The notes beneath the pieces were generated by a model. That model saw only the letters and a program-made list of their open reading frames with translations, did no database searches and was not told where the DNA came from. The position numbers were made by a program, and so were the translations under genes. This document shows, piece by piece, positions 38,415-51,548 of a stretch of DNA of 64,000 nucleotides. How positions within the stretch are numbered: position 1 is the first letter of the stretch; every line of letters begins with the position of its first letter. The DNA lies in contig OX597826.1 of assembly GCA_951406725.2 (NCBI GenBank), positions 79,174,001-79,238,000 on the forward strand, read 5' to 3'. Source of the DNA: Octopus vulgaris (taxonomy: Eukaryota).

Positions 38415-38685
38415 TTCAAGCAGCTGAATGTTGCTTCTGGCTTGTGGTAACCCCCTTGCACTTGTCAGGACCCTAGTTCTCTCAAACAAAAATAGACAAC
38501 GTGATGCACCAGAATGTTCTCTTTATTCCTTCAGAATGTTTAGAATATGTGTGTGTATGGATTATATAATACTGCATACAATATCTATCTGTCTATCTAT
38601 CTATGCCTGTCTGTCTATCTGTTTATCTGTCTATCTACCTATCTATTTATCTGTCTATCTACCTGTCTATCTATCTATCTGCCTG

Positions 38686-38722
<37 letters not shown>

Positions 38723-41700
38723 TTGTCTGTCTATTTATCTATCTATCTACCTATCTATCTATCTATTCCTCTATCTATCAAAAGGATGACAGTTGGACTT
38801 GCTCTCTGTATTCATGATGCTATAATCATTATTGTTGCCCTTCACCAAACTGAAATTATCTGAAATCGTGTGTGTATATGTGTGTGCAAGGTAACCCTAT
38901 GTAAGGGTGGAAGTTCCAAGTGTAACGTTGCCATTCCCACCCAGTAACTGCACAAAGCTGCATCATAAGTCACAAGACTGTTACATGGTGTTACAATAAT
39001 TAAACTATTGGTAATAACGTCCTGTATTGAGTACTTGCACACATCACACTCCCACACTCTATATGTATTCATACACACGTTTCAGAACTAAGGCCTTAGC
39101 AAAGTAGGTTTACTTCCTAAAGTTTATCTTTTTCTAATCCATGCTGGGTTTCATATGATACACAAATTCACAATCAAACAAATACAGAACCCACGGTCTT
39201 ATTCAGATATGTGCAGACCTGAAGAAAGGGATACAGTGAATGTCGGGGTTTGTCCGGCGTTCGCTGGTATTTAACTCCTGGAAATTTCCCAGGTTATTGC
39301 TGTCAAAAGGTAACCCTTTCTTCCAGTGGAAGAACAAATGGAGATTCTTAGGTTTCTCCTGATTTGTGTGTTTAGGATTGAATTCTTGTCAGCTGAATAA
39401 ACTGAGGACATGAAACAAGCCAAAAAGAATTTACAGAGAAATATTCAATCTCTGACTCCCTGCTGGAACTGAAAGACAATGTCTGGAATGATGAGAGAAG
39501 TAGAGGAGACAGTGTGGTCAAAGAAAGGGTGGGGAGTGTCTTCTCGGTTTATTATATCTACCTATCTATATCTATTTATCTACCTATTTTAATCTCTCTC
39601 TATATATACACTTATATCTAACTATCTATCTGTCTAGTTACCTATCGGTCTATCTATTATCCATCTGTATATCTATCTAGCCATACTGGTTTATCTACCT
39701 GTCTATCCATCTATCTTGAAGTGAAAGTAAATAGTTCTATGTAGAGAAATACATCATTGTAGAGTTACTAAACAGAACTGTACAACCTATACACTACAGT
39801 TCAACTATTAAAAACTGAGTGGGTCATACATTACACACACACACACACACACACAATGTTTTGTTTTCTTATCTTCCCCATTAGGGTCTGATTGCTTTAT
39901 TTTTTCTTGGATGTCTCCATCTTAATCCTACCTGTTAATTGCCAAATTATTCAGACAACTGGAATCATTTTTTGTCTTCTTTTCACGGTCAACTGAGGCC
40001 GATGTCTGCACCACAATCGGACGGCTGATTTCTCATCACTGATGGAAACTGGACTATGGTGACCTTTTATTATTCATAATACTGACACTGTTTAGTTGTG
40101 TGCTAATGTAAAGAGGTGAGCTTCCCTCTGGTCGAAAGCTTCAGCAATTTCCTCAATCTGGCTGTTTTTCATTGGACTTGCGATTACTGCTGGTACTTAA
40201 ATGAGATGGGCTTGAACATCATAGAATCTTATTTTGTCTCTTCTATAAGCATCAAGGCCATACATTGTGGCTGTAATAATTAATTAATTAATAATATTTT
40301 GTAATTATTTTGTATTGAATTTGGATAGAATTATAGCATTCCTCTGCAGGTTTCATGGGAAAGTCAATAATAATAATAATAATGTATCTGTGTGTAGTAA
40401 TGTGTATGTATATGTGTGAGTGTGTGTGTATATACATTATATATATAAATATATATATATATATTTATATATATATATATGTATGTATATAGTTATGTGT
40501 ATGTATGAATGTATACAAAATATTTTCAGGGATAAGTGATGATTGGCAGGTATAGCCAAGCTGGTAAATCCAGAATTTCTCTTTGTGGGATCATAGCAGT
40601 GGTGATGGTCACACATGAAATAAACCGTTTCTGTTGTTCTCAGGGATTAAATATCTATGAGAGTCTGTAAAACATTGTTCATTGCTGTTTCTTGAAATTA
40701 CCAGATAAACACTGGAGCAACGTCCTCTGTTGTGGAGATGGCTTCATTCTACCGTTCATGTTACATCTTCACACATTGGACAGTACGTCTGTCTGTGGTT
40801 TGGTACAAAGTACTTGACATCACCTGCTTGAGACCTTACATTGATTTCTGGAGGAATAACTGTATCAGTTAGGTTCTTAGTTCTCAGTAAGAAAAGCCCT
40901 TGATTAACAGTCAGTTGTGGACTGGACTTGAACCTCAGTCCGTTTATATTGGGAAAGCCATCAATGTTGGAGCTTCCACGTTTCCATTTGCAATTCTAAG
41001 GTTTTTCAATACCTTTATAAGCAAACACTCATATTGCTCATTATTATTATTATTATTATTATCTGATTGATTTGCATTTTATTTCATCTGCCGTCCAGGT
41101 CTCAACCAGAGACCCAAGGCACATATATATATATTATTAGACGGAAATAAAACTTCCTGAGAATGTGGGACGGTTGATGTCAACACAATTTTTTGAGTCT
41201 CGTATTTATTACTAGTATTATTTTTAACCACAACAACAATAATAATAATAGCAATAACATTAAATCATCGTATCATATAATAATTGGCCATACTACTATT
41301 GTCCAGTCTCCATACAGTGAGTGTGGCCATCAGCCAACCACAGCTGATGTTTAAAGGTCGGATGATGATGATGTGTGCATATACATATATATTGCATGTT
41401 ATATGCAACGACCTCAAATTGACCTTGATTCATGGCAGTCATAGAATTCAGAACATGTATTTATTTTTATTATTATCATTTATTATCAAAAATCAAGAAA
41501 AAAAATTAATTTTTCTTTTTTTCCCATTTTTTGGGTGGGGCTAAAGAGAAAATAAATTAGACACATGTAGAATGTTTGGTTATTTTTCAACCGGAATGAA
41601 GATTATCTTGAAGGAAATTCCACCTTGATTGGGTTCCCTTGGCAACCATTCCACCATACCCTGTCACACAAATATATTTTCATGCTGGCTTATGAAAAAA

Positions 41701-44450
41701 AAAAACCCTAAAACCCTCTAAATTGTTGCAGTGTGTGTGTATGTGTATATATATATATAACATCTAGTCTTATCTTTTAATTCAGAAGCATCTCATCCAA
41801 ATATTCCTTTATTTATTTTAACACACACACACACACACATATATTCTAAATTATTTTTCTCAAAAGACAATGAAAATATGAATGTTCCATTGTTATTTTT
41901 ATTTTGACAAACAATTGATTGAAGAATGCTCAGATCCCTGTCTACGGCCCCTTTGTTGTTGTGTCCAACAATCTGCTGATCGGGCCATTTCTAGAACCTA
42001 TTAAAACTGCCCTCTCCGAATGATGAACAAGAAATCCTTCCATCTGTTCAAGAGCATTCGTGTACAACAACAGTTGAGGCGAGCCTTCCCTGATGATGAC
42101 AATAATTAAAGGTGATTGTTTTAACACAAAACACCTGAAAAACCCAAGCCAATGTGGGTGCTTCTTGTGTAATCTCCACACCTGTGTAAACCACTTTCTG
42201 TACCAAATTCCCTTGGCATCTTCAAAATAGGGAACACATAACTGAAGACCTAAATATGTTGCATTAAAGATGGAATGGCTACAGGTAGAAATATGGTTGA
42301 AGGCATAATTCATTTGAATGTCTCTAAAACACAGGTGTGTTCAGGTAGAGAGATTACAGAAGCTTCTTCACAGCAACACCCCTGAATCCTTTCCTGTTTC
42401 TCTTATAATAATCCCCACCCCCTTTTTGACAAAAGATGTGGGAATTTTTAAACAGCTTATTAAAAAATAATTTTGTGTTAATTAACATTTGCCCTTGTAG
42501 CCAATTAAAGACATTAATTATTATCGTTATTATTATTAAATTGCATAAATTTCTGATTTTAAACAGTTGTTTCAAATAAGGCAAAGTTTATACAAGTTTT
42601 TATTTTTTATTTTTTTTGCTAAATTAATATTAAATATATTAAATGACTCAATTTGGCTTATTTTGATCTTAACGATCATTTCATTGATGAGTTAGTATTA
42701 GTTATAATTAAAAATAACAAACAACAGCATCAGTAACAAACATTGCCCAACACATAAAAAAAGGAAAAAAAAAAAATAATATCCTCCCCCACTCCCCACA
42801 TATTTGCTGATTCTTAATTAACATGAATAAATTATGTGTAAAGAAATCCCACATCAGATCAAAACATTTGTTGTTTGCAACAAATTTTGACAAAAAGTAA
42901 AGTTTCTTTTTTTTTTTTTACTTTAATCGTAACCAAATTCCAATATTCTTAATCTGTTCGATTCTTTTACCTTATTTCATGAGATACCTCTTGAAAACAA
43001 TGCTTGTGACACACAGACACACACACACACAGTATTGAAATTGGGGGAGAAATGAAAACCCACTACATCACTCAAAATACATATATCTGTGTTCTTCTTA
43101 TCTTTGTCTGTTTACAACAACAACAACAACAAATAAATTACCTTGCTAAAGGCTTTTTTTTTGTTGTTTTTACTTGAAAAAATGATCAAGGTTTGAACAG
43201 ACAAAAACAAATTTTGCTATAATACATCAAAAGGAGAAATAAAATTAAATCAATGCTAAACACTAATATATGTATGTATATATATGTACGTATATGTATG
43301 TATATATGTGTGTGTATATATGTGTATGTATGTATATGTATGTGTATATATATGTGTATGTGTATATGTTCATCATCATATATATATATGTGCATGTATG
43401 TATATATATATATATATATAGTCATATATTCATTATAAGTTTGTGACAGCTCCAGGTTTTGGAAAATGGTTCCAAGGTTGACCTACCATTTTGACACGTT
43501 ATTTAAATAACCATTTCTCTAGAGTTTGTTTCCTCCTGTTCTGGAAATATATCCACTTGGAATTAATTTTCTAAATATTTCTCCTTCTTTAACAATAATA
43601 AATAATGCAAATATTTTAAACAAATAATATTAATGATACACACATATTCTTTCTTTTATCTTAGTAGAAAGAGATAGAAAAACAGCAGACGTATTTGTTC
43701 AATTCAACATATGAAGTTGTTTTTTCAGAGTGTTTTTTTATATATCTGATGTTTCTTTAATATAAAAAGTGTTCATCTGAAAAGGCCACTTATATCATTA
43801 AGAAAATTTAAATGAAATTAATTAAAAAAACAAAAAAACCTCCAAAAACATCCTCAACTAAAACAAAAACCAAAAAACAATAAAATCTCTCAACAAAACC
43901 AAAAAAAAAAGAAAAAAGATATTAAACGAATAACAAGTCTGTTAATTAGATTAATGAAATATCTTAATGAATTTTGTAGTTGACTGGGAATATTTTTATT
44001 TTCCCCATTTCCATCTTGGCTTTGACATTTTTTACTCTCCGAATTGAAGACTTCTGGTGTGACCCTCTTAAATCCTTTCTCCTTGAATCTAAGTCGGAAA
44101 GGCACCAGCGAAACCGATAATTGCAAAAATAAAAACAACAAAAAAAAAAAAAAAACCAACAACAACAACAACAACCCACCAAAAATAAGCAATTGGCACC
44201 TGGACACATTTTGTTATTCGATCAGTTGTCTGTTACTGTTCACATTTATTATATCTTTTTTACAACAGAAAAAAAAAAAAGCAAAACACACAAACAAAAC
44301 ATTCATCATTCGGATTTCAGCATCAGTTGTTTGTTATTTATTTTTATTTATTTATTTATGCTCATTAAATATTTGAAATGTTCTAATTTTGGGCTTTTTG
44401 GTTTTTTTATTATTTTTCTTTTTTTTTTTTTGTTCTTAATGTGTTGCTTT
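36506..44450 (+). other. Probable long 3' UTR of the ARHGEF17-like gene (end uncertain)
   Basis: Follows the stop codon; A/T- and microsatellite-rich with no SINE/LINE copy I could recognise, unlike the rest of the window; several AATAAA (e.g. near 43880). Confidence 0.45.
38580..38780. repeat. (ATCT)n tetranucleotide microsatellite
   Basis: Direct inspection. Confidence 0.95.
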
Positions 44451-44734
44451 TGAATCTCTGTCCCTTGGGGCAGGGACGTCTCATCGCTACTATCGATCAC
44501 TTTGTAGCCCCTACTGATCATCTCCCTTTTCTCTTTCTCCCTGTCCCTTATTAAAAGTCAGTAGCTCTGTAGATCCTCTGGAAGAACCTGCTTTGCACCC
44601 TCCCACCATCCTTTAACCCTTCGTTCCCTAGTATAAAGGTTAAATGGTACGGAATAGAGACAACTGCCTTTGTTTTGCAACCAAAGAACAAAGAGAGGAG
44701 AGTCCTTGTTAAAAAGTGATGATATGATAGGACA

Positions 44735-45734
44735 TACAGTTCTATAACTAAGAGATGAGGAATTATTTACATTTGATGGATATTTGTCCTCATGATTGAT
44801 TCGATTGATTCTAGTTTCAGCTCATGAGCTGTGGCCATGCTGGGGCACCGCCATCTTGTTTGTTATTAACACGTTTTGGGTGATATACCATCCAGCCTTC
44901 ATCACTACACCATATGCCCACAGGCATATGGCGTAGTGTTTAAGAGCATGGGCTACTAACCCAAGATTCCAAGTTCAATTCCAGGCAGTGACTTGAATAA
45001 TAATAATAATAAATGCCCTGATGCAGTACCAGGCAGTGGCTCTCATGGCTTCTGATCTTAACTGATTGGAAGTGTTATCATGTACATTGTTTTGTCTTGG
45101 TTTAAAAGATGGGCTACAGCAAATATTCTGCTCAATACCATAGATTTGCTTGTGAGTTGCTTCACCCTAACCAGTTGAGCATGTCCCCTTGTTGCTGACG
45201 ATATGTGCATCTCTGATCATGAGTAGAAGTAGTGGGGGAGCATCATAGCCATGTGTTGAGAGGAATTCTTTGGGGTTTGAATAATTCACCTTTGGAAACA
45301 TGGGTGGTTCATTCAACATCCTTAAACAATCCTTATTCAGGGACCTTTTGAGTGGGATGGGTTACTTGACCAGAAGAAAATTCTAACTGGGCCCCACCTG
45401 CAAGGTCATGCGCTGTTTATCTTGATATGAGATCACTATCTCGTGCACATATGGTTGTGATGCATGTGCTTGGTGTACCCTTATCAGACAGGTAGTCATG
45501 ATGGGTATACTTCGTACATTTTACCCCAGTGTCACTTTGATGACATGCACTGCTCTCTCACTCAATAATAATAATAATAATAACAACATCGAAAAATACC
45601 TTAGGAATGAGAACCCAGGTTTGAAATTTCCCCAAGACACCGAATGAAGGCTGGAGGATATATCAGCCATAATGTTGTGTTAACAACAACAAAGATGAGG
45701 ACAAATATCTGTCAAATGTAAATAATGTAAATAT
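44735..45734. mobile_element. Palindromic tRNA-head/hammerhead element, copy 2, with nested inserts (about 44793-44852 and 45010-45565)
   Basis: Same arms and tRNA-like head as copy 1; exact 10-bp direct repeat TGATAGGACA at 44725-44734 and 45735-45744. Confidence 0.78.
45010..45565. repeat. Unclassified interspersed repeat inserted in an (AAT)n tract
   Basis: Part of it (about 45120-45280) recurs in reverse at about 31320-31480. Confidence 0.65.
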
Positions 45735-46053
45735 TGATAGGACACAGTTTTATTGGAAGGGAATCACTTGTGTAAGTTGAGGCAGGAGCACACTATGCAG
45801 CCAAATGCAGATATATGGACAAGGACAATGGTCAACAAGGAGACAATATTGAAGAAGGAGTAAGACTTGTAGAGAAACTTCGTAAAGATAAAAGTGAAAG
45901 GATTGGACTTGGCATTGATGCTGATTGAAGGTCAATGGTGAGATGGAATTGCTGGTCAACTGAAAAATGACCGATCCTACTTGGTATGAAAAATAGTGGC
46001 ATAGAGAAATTAGCCAAAATTTGATTGATATTATCCGAAATTAAAAAGAACTA

Positions 46054-47440
46054 CAGTGGGGGGAAATAAATATTCGTACATGTCAAAATTCTTCATTTAT
46101 TTAATTTCTAATGAACATAAATGGGATATTCCAATACTATATTTGCAGACACATGCATAAACTAAGAATATGCAAAAGAAACTAATAAATTATAGTAACT
46201 AATGAATTTATATGCAATCATAAATATTTAGGGGTGAAAAAAGTATTCGTACTGTTAAAATATTTTTTTTTTACTAGAACTTTCTCGTTTGTTCCAAAAA
46301 TCTTATCAGTTGTCATTTTTAAGTGCCAAAACACTAGCTTCTTCATTCAACATTGAGACAACATAAAGTAGTATCGTAATAATGGCGAAAAGTAAAGAAC
46401 TCACAAATTCAGTGAAAAACTTAATTATTGAACAGTGGAAAGCAGGTAAAAGTTACAGGAAAATATCAGAGACCCTTTGTATTCCATTTTCTACCATATC
46501 TTCATTTATTCAAAGATATAAAGAATCGGGAACTGTTGTAAACAGAATAAGATCCGGTGCACCATGCAAGATTTCTCCTAGATCTTTAAGAAAAATGAAG
46601 TGAAGAATCGAAAAAAAAATGCAATGACCACCAGAAAGGAGTTGCAAGATTTGTTAGCTTCAGGGACTAGTGTTACACTACGAACAATCAGCAATGAACT
46701 TCATAGGAATGAACTGAAGTCACACTCTCCTAGAAAAACTCTGCTGTTGATTAAAGGCATAAAGATGCCCGTTTAAAATTTGTTTATGAACATAAAGATA
46801 AATCTGATACATTCTGGGAAAATGTTCTATGGACAGACGAGTCGAAAATTGAATTGTTTGGACGAAATTCGCGTAACCATGTTTGGAGGAAAAACACAAT
46901 TTCTACCGTAAAGTTTGGAGGTGGCAACATCATGGTGTGGGGGTGTTTCTCTGCAAATGGTACTGGCAATTTACATGTGATAGATGGTAGAATGAATGCA
47001 GAGATGTACCAAAATATTTTGAACAATAATTTATGGGACTTTGTAGAAAAGCTCCAGCTTTGTGAAGGGTGGGTTTTACAACAGGGTAACGACCCTAAGC
47101 ACACGGCAAAGTCTACCAAAAAATGGATTGTCGATCACAATATAAAATTATTACAATGGCCAAGCCAGTCACCTGACTTGAACCCCATTGAAAATTTGTG
47201 GCGTGTATTTGAAAATTAAAATTCATTCAAGAGCCCCAACGTGCATTGCAGATTTGAAGAAAATTTGTCAAGAAGAATGGGAAAAAGTTCCTAAAGAAAC
47301 ATGCGAGTCACTGATTATGAACTACAAGAAGAGATTGGTTGAAGTGGAACTGAATAATGGTTATGCTACGAAGTATTAAATCAGAATTATCAGTTATTTA
47401 TGTTCTGTACGAATACTTTTTTCACCCCTAAATATTTATA
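46054..47440 (+). mobile_element. Tc1-family (DD34E) transposon, IR/DR type, pseudogenised, right end truncated
   Basis: TA-CAGTGGGGGGAAATAAATATTCGTAC left end; inner repeat GGGGTGAAAAAAGTATTCGTAC near 46230 has an inverted partner at 47407-47436; WTDESKIELF, VKFGGGNIMVWGCF, QQGNDPKH, WPSQSPDLNPIENLW. Confidence 0.93.
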
Positions 47441-49930
47441 ATGGTCAGGGATTTAGGGACATCCTAATTGAGAAGACTTGTGACATAGAGGGCAACTGGG
47501 AATTCCTGAGGGATAGCTTGCTGAGTGCCACAGACCAAATCTACAGCTGGTGCAAAGTCCCATCCAGACCTAGGGTAACGTCGTGGTAGAATGATGCAGT
47601 AGACAGGTGCATTAGAGCAAAGAAACAGGCGTAGAAGAGTGGGGGTAGCAGGGAAACTAGGGAAACTAGGAGACAAGTATATCTAGCCGAAAAGGGAAGC
47701 AGAAAAGAATAAGTTTGCCCATGTTCAGTAATGTGAGGACCAAAGAACTGAAGTGTTTCAGATTGCAAGTCAGAGTGTGAGAGAAAATCATGATGTCATA
47801 GGCAAGATATGTGTCCAGATGGATGATGGTGCACTTGCATTTAATGATTCTTCAAAGAAAGAGGCTTGGAGATGCCATTATGAAAGACTGCTGAATGTGG
47901 AGAATGAATGGGGAGGAGGAGAGCCTGCCAAATGTTGACCCAACTGAGGGACCAAATTGACAGTTCCTTGGTAGATAAATTGATTAAGGATATGAAGACA
48001 GAGGAAGTCCCCAGCCCATCAGGAATCACTGCTGAGATGCTGAAAATATCCGGCAGTGTGGGTTATGGTCAAGTCACCTGTATTGTAAATCAGGTGGTTC
48101 ACGAAGGAGTCATACCTGTTGACTGGTGTCAACTGCTACAAAGATAAAAGTGATACCTTAGATAAAAATAATTACAGAGGTAACAAATTGTTGGATCAGG
48201 TGATGAAAGTTACAAAAGGTTACAGTCCAACTAATTATAGGGAGAGAGTTAGCCCAGATGAGATGCAGTTTGGTTTTGTGCCAGGGAGAAGCACCACTGA
48301 TGCTATATTTCTGGTAAGGCAGGTGCAGGAGGAATACATAGCCAAAGATAAACCACGATACTTGCCCTTTGTTGATTAGGAGAAAGACTTTGACAGGGTC
48401 CCTTTGATCCCTTATCTGGCAGTCAATGCAGAAACTAGGGATAGGCAAGTGGTGGGTGAGAGCTGTACAAGCTATGTACAGGGATGCTACCAGTAAGGTG
48501 AGGGGTGGCAATGAGTACAGCAAAGAATTCAGGGTACAAGTAGGGGTTCAGCAAGAATCGATGCTCAGCCCCCTCTTGTTCAACAGAGGAATTTAAGACA
48601 GACTGCCCCTTGGAAGTGCCTCTATACTGATGACCTTGCTCTTATTGCTGAATCACTACCAGGACTAGAGAAGAAGTTCCAGGTATGGAAGGATGGTATA
48701 GAATTGAAGGGCCTTAGAGTTAACCAAGCAAAAACCAAAGTCTTAATAAGTTGGAAGGCAGACAAATCACAAATCCCTTCAGATAGATGGCCCTACTTGA
48801 TCTGTAGAAAAGGCATAGGTAGAAACTCCATAAGATGCACCTGATGTAAGCTTTGGACACATAAAAGGTGCAGCAATATCAGAGGAAGGTTAACAAGGAA
48901 AATAGCTTTTGTATGTGGAAGATGCACAAGCACAATAAACGCTGAAAATGTACAGAAAATAGAGTCCATCAACTGCCAGGAGGGAAAACTAGAGGTAGTA
49001 GATAGCGCTTCCGTTATCTTAGCAGTGGAGGTGGATGCTCTGAGAGCGTAGCTGTGAATATAAGATTAGGCTTGACAAGAGCTCCCACCCCTGCTGGTAA
49101 CAAAGGGCTTCTCTCTCAGAGTGAAAGGTAGATTGTATGATACCTGTGTATGAACAGTTATGCTACATGGACGTGAAACAAGGGCTGTGACAGCCGAGGA
49201 CATGTGTAGGCTTGAACGAAATTAAGCCAGTATGCTTTGCTGGATGTGCAATGTCAGTGTGCATGGTCGACAGAGTGTAAGCATCTTGAGAGAAAAGTTA
49301 AGCATAAGAAGCATCAGATGTGGTGTGCAAGAGAGATGACTGGTAATGGTCATGTGATGCGTATGGATGAGGAGAGCTATGTAAAGAAGTGCCAATTGCT
49401 AAATGTGGAAGGAACTTGTGGTATAGGTAGACCCAGGAAGATATGGGACAAAGTGGTGAAGCATGATCTTTGAACTTTGAGCCTCACAGAGGCAATGACT
49501 CATGACCGAGATCTTTGGCGATGTGCTGTGTTTGAGATCTGTCAAGCCAAGTGAAATTGTAGTCATGGCCAATGCTGGTTTCACGTAACTGGTACCTGTG
49601 CCGGAAGCACATAAAGAGCACCGTTCGAGTGTAGGGCCTCACAGAGGCAAAGTGACTGAGTTCCTTTTGAGTGTTGGACCTTATCGAGGCAATGACCGAG
49701 ACCTTTGGCATTATGTTATGCTTGAGAAGAAGACCCATCAAACCAAGCAAAATCGCAGTTGTGGCAGATACTGGTGTCACACAAATGGCACCCGTGTCGG
49801 TGGCACGTAAGAGCACTCATTACACTCTCAGAGTGGTTGGCATTAGGAAGTCCTCCAGCTTACCAGCTCTGGTCAAACCGTCCAACCCAATGCCAGTATG
49901 GACAACGGATGTTAAATGATGATGATGATA
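47441..49930 (+). mobile_element. 5'-truncated RTE-clade LINE, degraded ORF plus 3' UTR ending (GAT)n
   Basis: PSGITAEMLK, NYRG.KLLDQVMKV, FGFVPGRSTTDAIF, EKDFDRVP, LYTDDLAL, GRPRKIWDKVVKHD; many stops and frameshifts. Confidence 0.92.
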
Positions 49931-51147
49931 TATATATGTATATATATATATATATATATAGTACCTGTAGCAGTGCATTGTAAATGCACCCAGTGTACTC
50001 TGTAGGAAGAGCATCCATCCACTGAAAAAACACCAAAACAAACATGGAGCCCAGGCAGCCTTTCAGCTGGTCATCTCCTGTCAAACCATCCAACCCATAC
50101 CAGCATGGAAAATTGGAAAATGGATGTTAAATGATGATGATGGGTATATCTATTTTCCCTCCTCTCTATTAGGAGGAGGAGGGCCCCCAAGCACTTACAC
50201 ACATGACAGAAACTTCTGCCAACCAAATTCAATCTGAAGGCTTTGTAGAAGACACTTGCCCAAAGCGCCACACAGCGGGACTGAACCTGGAACCCCGTGG
50301 CTGGGAAGCAAGGTTCCTAACCACACAGCCATGCCTGTATAAAGGGGGGGAGGGGTAACATAAAGATTAAATTTTGTGGGTTCAAATGACAGTCTTAACC
50401 CTGGCCCGTTTACTGCCACCAGAACCCTTCTAAAACACCATCACTTCAATTCAGCCCAGTCTACCATGAAAAGATAGACAAGTTTAGACATGGCTGAGCA
50501 GCTACAAAGTTTGCTTCAAAATTACAGGATTTCTGGTTCAATTCCATTGTATGGCACCTTGGGCAAGTTTCTTCTGTTTATAGCTTAAGGCTGACCAATG
50601 CTTTACGAGTGAAATTTGTTTGAAAGAAACTGTATAGAAGGATACTGCAAGTGCATGCGTGTGTGTATGCATGGATGTGTGTGCATGTGTCTGTGTGTGT
50701 GCTTATGCATGCAGATGTTTATTTTTGCATATGTCTTCATAGCCACCATTTGAACAACAACAGATGTTTGTTTACATTTCCCGTAAACAAGATGTCCCAC
50801 AGTTTCAAGTAAAACGAAAGCATCTTACTTAAAAAGCAGAAATTGACAAGGAGGACATCCAGCCATTGGAAACTGCTGCCTCATTAAGACTCCTCCAACC
50901 CAAGCAAGCGTAGAACATCAAATGTAAAGACAATGAACAATAGAACATGTAAGCTAAGCAACAACTTCAAAAACTATTGATTCTCAATAATGTGCAGTAT
51001 ACACCACCAGTTAAGTGACAGTCCACCAAGAATCCCCTTTTATCCTTTTGGGGTCAATTAAATAAAGTACCAGTACTGGAGTCAATGGTATTGACTAAGC
51101 CCTCTCCCTAAAACTGCTGGATTTTCGTGTCAAAATCCGAAACAGTA

Positions 51148-51548
51148 GGTGCAGGTGTGACTGTGGTAAGTAGCTTGCTAACCAACCACATGGTTCCAAG
51201 TTCAGTCCCACTGTGTGGCACCTTGGGCAAGTGTTTTCTACTATAGCCTCAGGCCGACCAAAGCCTTGTGAGTGGATTTGGTAGATGGAAACTGAAAGAA
51301 GCCCATCGTATATATGTATATGTATATATGTATGTGTGTGTATGTGTTTGTGTGTCTGTGTTTGTCCCCACAACATTGCTTGACAACTGATGCTGGTGTG
51401 TTTACGTTCCCGTAACTTAGCGGTTCGGCAAAAGAGAACCGATAGAATAAGTACTAGGCTTACAAAGAATAAGTCCTGGGGTTGATTTGCTTGACTTAAG
51501 GCAATGCTCCAGCATGGCTGCAGTCAAATGACTGAAACAAGTAAAAGA
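51148..51548 (+). mobile_element. SINE family A, full length
   Basis: Near-identical to the other family A copies. Confidence 0.88.

Noticed and set aside
41942-42313. 123-aa minus-strand ORF
   Set aside because: No motif or exon context; lies antisense in the probable 3' UTR.
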